A stretch of DNA of 64,000 nt from Candidatus Thorarchaeota archaeon. GTDB lineage: Archaea > Asgardarchaeota > Thorarchaeia > Thorarchaeales > Thorarchaeaceae. The stretch spans positions 1-64,000 of the forward strand of contig SDNP01000005.1 in the NCBI GenBank assembly GCA_004524445.1. The letters run 5' to 3'. Position numbers and translations under genes: made by a program. Numbering within the stretch: position 1 is the first letter of the stretch; each line of letters opens with the position of its first letter. Of this stretch, positions 30,896-38,671 are shown piece by piece. The notes beneath the pieces were generated by a model. It was given only the letters and a program-made list of their open reading frames with translations, ran no database searches and had not been told where the DNA came from.

Positions 30896-32806
30896 CTAGT
30901 CCTGAGATTTCTTGCTACGGGATAAAGATTCAATCTCTTCACGGATTTTGCTGATATCTTCCAGCTCGCCTTTCATTTCGAAATCCTCAGCAATTGATTC
31001 GGCTTCTCGAATAGCATCTTCTAATCGCGATATTGCTTTCTTTCTCTCTTCCTCATTTGTCATCTGCTTAATGGATTCCTTCTTCTTGGGCACAAGATTG
31101 AGTATTCCAGCTATTGCATCTCGTGCTTCTTTTTCACTGCTCAAGACATCCACTTGGCTGGATTCAGAAGATTCGATGATTCTCGAAATTTGGTCCTTGA
31201 TTTCTTCGTACTTCATAATTGCTGTTGTAACAAGGGACTCGATTTCCTCTTCATCCCCAATTTCTTCCCTTTTTTTCTGAAGTATTTCTATCTGATTATT
31301 CAAGAAATCCAATCTATCTGATAGCCTGGTTCGCCGTCGTTCTATCCATCTCCACTCATTATCGATTCCCTCGATTAATGAATGAATTTCGCCTACTTTT
31401 TCTCTGTAAGCTTCAAGCTTTGATTTTGCAGATTCCAATGCGGATTCCAGTTCATCTGCGGTATAGGTCAGCTGGTAGCTCAGAATGTGCCCTTCTTGTG
31501 CATCTGATAGGACCCGACTTTCTTTAACGGCTCTTCCTACTCTGTTCCAAAGCTTCTCTACATATTCGTCTTCACGCTCCAGACGACCCTTTTTGTCCAG
31601 TTCGTTTGAAACATCTGAAACCTCTTCAGTTAGATGTTCCAATTCCACGATTTTTGCTTTTAATAGGGCCCTCCCCAGTCGCTCGTTTAGGTCGGTGGTC
31701 ATCCGTTCCCGTTCATCTGGAACCTCCAAGAGAGCATGGGTATTGTCGATTAACAACTGCAAAGCATTTTCGTAGTCAGAGACCGCTTCATGATACTCTT
31801 TCTCTTCAATATGTGCTTCCGCTTCCTTTTGTAATTCAATGGCATCTTCAAGGACATCGTAAGGTGATGTCTTGAGTATGGTAGCTCCCAATCTGCTGTT
31901 TTCAATGGAAGACAAATCGAGGGAGGTCTCACCTACCATCAGACGAATTACACTGATACCTCGATCAGTGGCAATAATCAGCAAATCCCTATCAACAAGG
32001 ACTCTGCGTACCCGAGCGTCTTCTACTTTTATTCGTCCCAAGCGTGACATGCTCTGAAGATCCCAAATGCTGATGAATGAAGAATCTGAAGCAGTAACCA
32101 AGAAGAGGCTATTGGCCCACATAGAGATGATTGTGTTATCATTCTTGCTTTCTAGCTTACCTACCTCTGTCCAATCAATGCGATCCCATAACTTTATTGA
32201 GCCGGTCTTGACCGCCGAGAAGATTAATTCTTCATTCCCAGTCAAAACAGCTCCCTTATCTTTGAGTTCCAATACTGCAAGCTCGACCGGTGCTTCTCCT
32301 TCCTTCATTTGGTATGCACGTGCATCGTCCTTGGCAGTAGAGATGCAAACGAGATTCTTGTCCGCCCAGAGACTAGTAACATCCGATTTGTAAAGTTGCC
32401 AACTAGAAGTCTCATGGCTGTCCTTTCTAATCGATACTAACCGGCCCTCTTTCGCACCTACATATAGATAGTCACCTCTCAGAGCGGAAGTAACAGCATC
32501 ATAAGCAAGTTCAAACCAACCTGTCATCCCCCACCCGCTCTTTTTCCAAACGTAAACCCGGTTCTCACAAGTGGCATAGACCTGCTCCTCATCAACGTGC
32601 ACGGCCAGGGGCGCAGAGTTGGTTTCTCCCAGCACTACTTCTTCTTCCCAGTCTTCTTTAGTCCAGGCGCGAATCTTCAAGTCAGAGCATGCAGCATACA
32701 AGTATTCTTCATCTTGATTCAAGTATGTAACGTCCACATCCAGTGAAGCTATTGACTCGAAGGTTAGCTGCAGCTCTTCAGCCTTCGTTGGTTGGGCATT
32801 TGACAT
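30896..32806 (-). CDS. WD40 beta-propeller + MIT/TPR-like helical bundle + C-terminal coiled coil
   Basis: WD-like blades in the first ~290 aa (ACSDLKIRAW, CENRVYVW, TGSIKLWD, SDSSFISIWD), then DAIELQKEAEAHIEEKEYHEAVSDYENALQLL, then about 250 aa of E/K/R-rich heptads. Confidence 0.8.
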   Translation of the reverse strand: MSNAQPTKAEELQLTFESIASLDVDVTYLNQDEEYLYAACSDLKIRAWTKEDWEEEVVLGETNSAPLAVHVDEEQVYATCENRVYVWKKSGWGMTGWFELAYDAVTSALRGDYLYVGAKEGRLVSIRKDSHETSSWQLYKSDVTSLWADKNLVCISTAKDDARAYQMKEGEAPVELAVLELKDKGAVLTGNEELIFSAVKTGSIKLWDRIDWTEVGKLESKNDNTIISMWANSLFLVTASDSSFISIWDLQSMSRLGRIKVEDARVRRVLVDRDLLIIATDRGISVIRLMVGETSLDLSSIENSRLGATILKTSPYDVLEDAIELQKEAEAHIEEKEYHEAVSDYENALQLLIDNTHALLEVPDERERMTTDLNERLGRALLKAKIVELEHLTEEVSDVSNELDKKGRLEREDEYVEKLWNRVGRAVKESRVLSDAQEGHILSYQLTYTADELESALESAKSKLEAYREKVGEIHSLIEGIDNEWRWIERRRTRLSDRLDFLNNQIEILQKKREEIGDEEEIESLVTTAIMKYEEIKDQISRIIESSESSQVDVLSSEKEARDAIAGILNLVPKKKESIKQMTNEEERKKAISRLEDAIREAESIAEDFEMKGELEDISKIREEIESLSRSKKSQD

Positions 32807-32958
32807 ATTCTTTCAACCGTAATTCGAATTGTGGCTACTCCTTTCGTCTATTGGAGGAATAGAAAAACCTGTTTAAAGTTACTGTGGTAAGCAAAAAATC
32901 GGCTTTTCATTTCATGAGGCATATTTTCGCCACTTAACTCCATCGAAACAGCAAGGGA

Positions 32959-33028
32959 TTATATAGAGGCAGAACAGACTTAAAACCAATGAAGACAAAC
33001 AAGATTTGTTTGACTAAAAATAAGGAGG
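32959..33028 (+). promoter_or_regulatory. Putative TATA box (TTATATA, 32959-32965) and Shine-Dalgarno (AGGAGG, 33023-33028) of the tubulin-like operon
   Basis: Located in the 229-nt divergent intergenic region. The SD lies 7 nt before the TTG at 33036. Confidence 0.5.
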
Positions 33029-33035
33029 AACTTCC

Positions 33036-35723
33036 TTGGATAGCAACAAATGGAGACGAGAGCTTGACCGCCTCTCCGAAATGAAAAGCATGCTTGTCAT
33101 TCTAAACCCTGCTCTTGAGGAGCAGACTAGCAGACAGCTCAGAGGACTTTATGATATCTTTGCAGAGTTGACTAGGCTGGAAAAAGAACTCAAGGATGCA
33201 GGATTTCTCAAAAAACGAAAGGTCAGTTCGCAAGTCGAGGACGCTGAAAAGAATTTAGAAGAAGAATTCATGCGAATCGTCAGAGATTTTGGTGAATTAC
33301 TGAGAATGGAACATCGCAGAACTTTATCAATCAGAGAAAAACTACAGTCCTACAAACCAGCTGAAACAAAGAAACTGCTGACCATGAGTATGCCGTCGAT
33401 TGGAGCGGGAGATCTAACAGATTTCCAGAACCTATATGATTTTGCAAAGAATTTCTCCGAATTATACAAAATGTTGCACAAGGACTTGGCAAGTCAGGCT
33501 AAGGAACTCTTAGACGAAAATAAGCGCATAGTTGAAACTTATGAAAGACACGTGACAATTGACCGTGGAGAAGTTTCCACAACAATCTCTACTGAAAATG
33601 TCGTCGGTCTTGCTATCGCTGAATTGATGATCCTCATGGAGAAGATTCAGAATGAAAGAGTCTATCTAGACGGAAGAAAGGACGAAGTCGGAAGGATGCT
33701 AAGTGCATCTCTTATGAGCGATATCGATTCACTTCAAGCATCGGTTGATACAGCAACCAAACTTGGACTCGATCTTCCAATGGATTTCTCCCAAAAGATC
33801 AGAGTACTAGCTCGAGATTCCTCTCAGGCGGAAAATCTTACATCCCTATTGAGTTTGGAAAGTCAGCTCCATTCTCTGCGGCTCCAGATGGCCAGTATTT
33901 TGCAGGATAGGATTATCAATAGCAAACACGAAGTCACCTCTAGTATCGTTGAGGGAGGGATTCCCACTAGCTCGGATGTAATACCTCAACCTCCTGCGGT
34001 TTCCACGGAGGATCAAGATGTTCCCTCATTATTATCATCCTATCAAGAGATGGTTGAGTGGGAGTCGCAAGTCAAGATTGCCCTCAAAGATAAGGTTGAG
34101 GAAACACTTGATGAAGTCGAGAAAGCTACTGACTATCCAGAAGATACAGGTATAGATGACATAGTTGCGGTTAGACAATTTGTTGCGGATTCTAAAGGCG
34201 AGCTTGAGAATGCGGGCATCGAAGACATGATCCGCATATATATCGATGCTGAAAAGCGCCAAGAAGCCTACAGAAAGAACCTGACAGAAGAAATCAGGGG
34301 CTATATGACGAGATTCAATGAACTTGCTACCTCTGCTGATAGAGTATTGGATTACGCTCAGCTTTCCAAGAAAGCTCCGAAGGTCGAGGACCTCGAGGGA
34401 GGAGTCATCTATTTGCACCAGTCACTTGTGAATCTAAGAAACACAGTTGAAAGCGGTGTCGCTACCTTTAGGGAAGCATGTGAACAGGAGATTGATGCAA
34501 TTATCCAGGATTTGCAGACCATCAAACCAGCATATGCGGAGATCTTCATGCCATTAATAGTCAAACTGGATGAAGGTAAAGCCGGCATTGAGAAGCTTGA
34601 TGAGTTTTCTGAAATCCGTAGTGAAATGCGAACTATCAAGGACTCGATTCTTGCAGATGCGAAAGATGCCCTTGAGAATTTGAGATACAGACTAGGAGTA
34701 AAAATCAGGCTGGCAGCTGCAAAACTCATGGGTGCGGGAGTCGAGATGCCTCCAGAAGTCCAAGAAGCTATCAGTGAGTTAAACAATATTGGAGTAGTAG
34801 CAGACACTGTATTCAGTCTTCCTGCAAAAGCCCGAAAGATGGTTGAGATATATGAAAAGAAAATCACTGGAAAGGTAATCGATAAACTCAATGAAGAGGT
34901 TGACGAACTAACAAAGTCTTTTGAACGCGCAGCACTAGTTGGTGTGGACTTGAATGAAGAGTTGGCAATCCTCTATAATCTACAGGAGAATCCTCCCGAT
35001 GAACTGGAGGATGCCGCAGATGCTTTCGATAAATTGTCAGCCCTTACAACATCTGAATCGATTCAGACAAAGATCATTGAAAGAGCAAATGAAGCACACA
35101 GGCAAATCAAGGATGCTGTTTCAATTTTCGAGGAACAGGGAATGCCCGACTTTGTAAAACGCCTGAAGGCCCTATTGGAGAAGGTCCCAAAGACCCTGGA
35201 GCAAGAATCAAAATATGTGACTGAAGCGCTAGATGTATGTCTCACCTTAGCTAACATCCAAGATGAAATGCTGGGTGTCATTAAGGACATTGCAAAGAAA
35301 GACAGAGAAGAATATGAAACGAAAATCAAGGAAGAAAGCAACTACTACTCAACAATTATGCGAGTATATAAGAAGCATCCAGAGGAGTTCAGCAAGCACA
35401 TTTTCCCAATGACCAAGATGTTGTCAACTGAAGAAAATCTATCTGAAGAAGGGAGACTCGATAAGGCACTCGAGTACTTCAATGAGTTAGAGAAAATGAA
35501 AGAAGACTGGATGGATAAAGCGTCTACCATGGACCAATGGCACAAGACGCTTCGAATGTACATGAGTGGATTCAGTGCATCAGCAAGTGCTGATGATAGA
35601 GCTAAGTTCATGGAAGATGCAAAGAGAAAAATCAAAGAAACATATAGTCGAGAGGACATAAGCACATATTTGACTTGGGCACTTGAAGAGATTGTTCAGA
35701 CAATGATGGAGAAAAGAGGATAG
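33036..35723 (+). CDS. 895-aa all-alpha helical-repeat/coiled-coil rod protein of unknown function
   Basis: No enzyme motif or TM segment. Amphipathic helices throughout, with recurring turn motifs (KLGLDLP, GAGVEMP, LVGVDL, EQGMP; LQSYKPA/LQTIKPA). Good SD. Confidence 0.85.
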   Translation: MDSNKWRRELDRLSEMKSMLVILNPALEEQTSRQLRGLYDIFAELTRLEKELKDAGFLKKRKVSSQVEDAEKNLEEEFMRIVRDFGELLRMEHRRTLSIREKLQSYKPAETKKLLTMSMPSIGAGDLTDFQNLYDFAKNFSELYKMLHKDLASQAKELLDENKRIVETYERHVTIDRGEVSTTISTENVVGLAIAELMILMEKIQNERVYLDGRKDEVGRMLSASLMSDIDSLQASVDTATKLGLDLPMDFSQKIRVLARDSSQAENLTSLLSLESQLHSLRLQMASILQDRIINSKHEVTSSIVEGGIPTSSDVIPQPPAVSTEDQDVPSLLSSYQEMVEWESQVKIALKDKVEETLDEVEKATDYPEDTGIDDIVAVRQFVADSKGELENAGIEDMIRIYIDAEKRQEAYRKNLTEEIRGYMTRFNELATSADRVLDYAQLSKKAPKVEDLEGGVIYLHQSLVNLRNTVESGVATFREACEQEIDAIIQDLQTIKPAYAEIFMPLIVKLDEGKAGIEKLDEFSEIRSEMRTIKDSILADAKDALENLRYRLGVKIRLAAAKLMGAGVEMPPEVQEAISELNNIGVVADTVFSLPAKARKMVEIYEKKITGKVIDKLNEEVDELTKSFERAALVGVDLNEELAILYNLQENPPDELEDAADAFDKLSALTTSESIQTKIIERANEAHRQIKDAVSIFEEQGMPDFVKRLKALLEKVPKTLEQESKYVTEALDVCLTLANIQDEMLGVIKDIAKKDREEYETKIKEESNYYSTIMRVYKKHPEEFSKHIFPMTKMLSTEENLSEEGRLDKALEYFNELEKMKEDWMDKASTMDQWHKTLRMYMSGFSASASADDRAKFMEDAKRKIKETYSREDISTYLTWALEEIVQTMMEKRG

Positions 35724-35740
35724 GAAAGGAGAATTAGCTG

Positions 35741-37141
35741 ATGGTATCAAACAGCGCAATCAGGCTTGATGATGAAGCAACGAAAGCTGCAGAGGTGTTC
35801 GCCATTGGAATTGGAGAGTGCGGTTCAAACATTGTGGGATCGTACCTGAAAACGAGTCGGGATAAGAAATTACCCTCAAGAGTACGAGGATATCTCTTGA
35901 TGAACACCGACAGGGCAGACCTAACTAAAGTTCGTTCCAAATATGGCATACCAAAAGAGCATACGCTACTCTATGGTGCCAGCGAAATAGGTGTTGGCGG
36001 AAGGTTCATGGAGGGCTATAATGCAATCCCAGAATCAAAGGACATTATATTCGACCAATTGAGTAATCTAGGATTCGAAGGAGTTTCAGGCTTCTCAATA
36101 TTCACGAGTCTTGGCGGAGGCACAGGCTGTGGAGGAACTCCCGCCCTCATTGAGGCCTTGAAACAGAGATTTCAGGAAGAAGAAGGCAGACGTATTTTCG
36201 TTTATGTGATAGGAGTCCTGCCGTTCGAAGGACAATCAAGCGAAGCTCTAAACTCAATCTGGGCGGTTAGCAAGCTCCTTCGGGCTCAGCTTCAAGAGCG
36301 AGGTGCAGATCTAACCATTCTACTAAGTAACCGCACCATGTTGAAGAGGATTCTTCAATCCAGAAAGACAGATAGTGTCGACTATCTGCAGCGAGAACTC
36401 GATGTGGATATAGCAAATATTGATTCTATAGAAACAATGGTTCCTTCAACCCTTGACGAATCGAGCGCCATACAAGAGAGGACAGAACAGGCCTTTGTCG
36501 AACTCGTTAATCCGCTTGCAGTTGATGTTATTGAAGCGATGCTATCCCCAGGAGTCTATGAGGCGAACAAAGACGTTTTTCCGACCACAGACCTTGCAGA
36601 TTATTCTAGAAAACTGGACCCAGTAGTAGTTCCAGCCCTCTATACTGACATCGGTCTTATTCCTGATGCGGGAAGCATGCGCAACCAGCTGAAAGCTATG
36701 ATAGATTATGCAGTGAAGGAAACCTCTTACGCTGATGTAGGCGAGGAACCGAATGCGGAGAGCGTTTACTATGTGCTCAGTGGTTCCAGACATATCAGCA
36801 AAGCTGAGTACGGTATGCACTTGAAGGAGGCACTGGATAAATTCATAGCTCCTGGCGCAGCAATTACTCCCTGTTACGTTCAATACCATGAAGAGAACCC
36901 ACCCACAAATCTTCTACTGCTACTGGGCCTACCCAAAATCCCAGAACTAGTACAAATAATCAATGAAGCGACACAATTGGTAAATCTCCATAGTGGAGCT
37001 TCACCTCTGAAACAGAGCTGGTTCCAGAGGTCCAAGGGAACAACAAGAAAAGAGCTGGTGAATGCAATAGCGGACTTTCGAGAGCTTTTCAGTTACTACA
37101 TGACACCAGGTTCTGGAGATAATCTCGAGCAGGGTGTGTAA
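35741..37141 (+). CDS. Divergent tubulin/FtsZ-superfamily GTPase
   Basis: T1 IGIGECGSNI, T2 MNTD, T3 GVGG, T4 GFSIFTSLGGGTGCG, T5 GVLPF, ALNS, T6 LSN, T7 TTDLADY. AGGAG SD upstream. Confidence 0.93.
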   Translation: MVSNSAIRLDDEATKAAEVFAIGIGECGSNIVGSYLKTSRDKKLPSRVRGYLLMNTDRADLTKVRSKYGIPKEHTLLYGASEIGVGGRFMEGYNAIPESKDIIFDQLSNLGFEGVSGFSIFTSLGGGTGCGGTPALIEALKQRFQEEEGRRIFVYVIGVLPFEGQSSEALNSIWAVSKLLRAQLQERGADLTILLSNRTMLKRILQSRKTDSVDYLQRELDVDIANIDSIETMVPSTLDESSAIQERTEQAFVELVNPLAVDVIEAMLSPGVYEANKDVFPTTDLADYSRKLDPVVVPALYTDIGLIPDAGSMRNQLKAMIDYAVKETSYADVGEEPNAESVYYVLSGSRHISKAEYGMHLKEALDKFIAPGAAITPCYVQYHEENPPTNLLLLLGLPKIPELVQIINEATQLVNLHSGASPLKQSWFQRSKGTTRKELVNAIADFRELFSYYMTPGSGDNLEQGV

Positions 37142-38195
37142 ACGAGTGGGCGAGACTTATCAGCTAGAGGACCTTATTGATAGGCTATTGCTGATTGTCA
37201 CACTGAACTCTACATTAGTTCATTTTCTGATTAGCTCCCAAGTGGAGGGACATTTCGACCCAGATAGAGTTGACTCTCTTACACAGGGTCTCATCAAGAC
37301 CAGGTCATGGATGGAGGAGGCAACTAAGATGGAGGGAGTTCCTTCCTCGACATCCAATATTATGGCACTAATAGTGAAACGCCTGTCTCAAATAGAAAAT
37401 CTACTCCCGAGACTCTCAGAGAAGGCGAAGCAGTTAGAGGCTGCCGAAACTCCCGCCCAGGAAATACTATCGCTTCTTGATGATTCATCGAAATTAGCGG
37501 TAAAAATGGTACAGGAAGATGAAGATGGACAACAGGTTTCACTCGTTAAATCAGAAGAGGAGATACCTCCAGAACCCTATCGGAGAGTAGACGTGGAAGA
37601 TGACGAATTTGGACTGATTGGCCAAACTGAGCGCCTGATTAAGCAGTATTCCAAGCGATGCCATGTATTATTGCCAACCTTTTGGCTAGAAGTAATCAGA
37701 CAGATCCACAAATATCGCTCTGAGTCCCCCTACATTGGCGATGCCATAGAAACCCCAAGCAAAGTGATTGCCAGAATCGTTCGCGGGCTACTGACAGAAG
37801 CCCCAGGAGCAAGACTATTGCAGGACCTGTCGAAACAACGGTCACAAGAGAATATTTTGAATGCGACCGAGATGGAGAGGATAGAGCGGGCTGTTGCAAG
37901 ATACTTCCATGGACTCGAGGGAATCCTCAGCAACAAGGAGCCAAATGTTACCGAGAAAATAAACGAGGCACATTCGGCCTTGGATGGATTCGGTTGGGGA
38001 GGGCCAGAACTTGAAAAGCGCCTTATTAAACGAATTCACCAGCGGTGTGAAGAGGCGCTTGATAACGCAGAGTCAGTTACAGATGAATCTAGACAGGTTG
38101 TCTATGCAGAAATAACAAAGATGCTCTGCAAGCTGCAACATGCAATACTTGCAGAGCCTAGGCTACGGGAAATACTTGCTCTGATGAAACCATAA
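37134..38195 (+). CDS. All-alpha hypothetical protein coupled to the tubulin-like gene
   Basis: Overlaps or abuts the GTPase stop (GTG at 37134 or 37146). Helical N-domain, acidic Pro-containing linker (EEEIPPEPYRRVDVEDDE), helical C-domain. Confidence 0.8.
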   Translation: MCKRVGETYQLEDLIDRLLLIVTLNSTLVHFLISSQVEGHFDPDRVDSLTQGLIKTRSWMEEATKMEGVPSSTSNIMALIVKRLSQIENLLPRLSEKAKQLEAAETPAQEILSLLDDSSKLAVKMVQEDEDGQQVSLVKSEEEIPPEPYRRVDVEDDEFGLIGQTERLIKQYSKRCHVLLPTFWLEVIRQIHKYRSESPYIGDAIETPSKVIARIVRGLLTEAPGARLLQDLSKQRSQENILNATEMERIERAVARYFHGLEGILSNKEPNVTEKINEAHSALDGFGWGGPELEKRLIKRIHQRCEEALDNAESVTDESRQVVYAEITKMLCKLQHAILAEPRLREILALMKP

Positions 38196-38205
38196 AGGTG
38201 GGTCA

Positions 38206-38535
38206 TTACTCCTCTTCTTCAGGTTCTTGCTTTGGGAAATATATGTACTCTTCATTTTCCCCCTTGTCTACTACTACCTTGATGATATAGTCCTCTACTG
38301 ATTTTATCATGAAGGACAGCTCTTTCAGAGCGTCTTCATCCTCTGGACTCAAGTTCAAATAGTCCTTCAGAAATTCCAGTTGGACACCTTCATCGGTTCC
38401 ACCTAACTCGTCAACCAATTGATCGAATCGCTCACCCATTTCCTTGTCGATCTTCATGTTGGCCTTCTGAATCTCCTCTAACTTCTTAGTATATTTTTTC
38501 CACGGCAATAAGGAACACCTAACTATTTGTATCAT
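38206..38535 (-). CDS. Small acidic hypothetical protein
   Basis: 109-aa protein-like ORF that fills the gap between convergent/divergent genes. True start uncertain. Confidence 0.65.
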   Translation of the reverse strand: MIQIVRCSLLPWKKYTKKLEEIQKANMKIDKEMGERFDQLVDELGGTDEGVQLEFLKDYLNLSPEDEDALKELSFMIKSVEDYIIKVVVDKGENEEYIYFPKQEPEEEE

Positions 38536-38671
38536 AGACTACAGATATAAGTGTCTTGACATGCAGAATATACCATTAGATTTATGATAATGGATTTCAT
38601 TCGGAAGCCGTATTTGATATAAGGGGTTACTTCTCTGAGGTGCTAAAGATACTGGTCCTTGAGGGAAAGAA

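Noticed and set aside
33036-35723. SMC/Rad50-like ATPase
   Set aside because: No Walker A, signature or Walker B motif at either end.
35741-37141. Labelling the GTPase as ftsZ, cetZ or tubZ
   Set aside because: The motifs are mixed and the context lacks division or plasmid-partition genes. No gene symbol is justified without a phylogeny.
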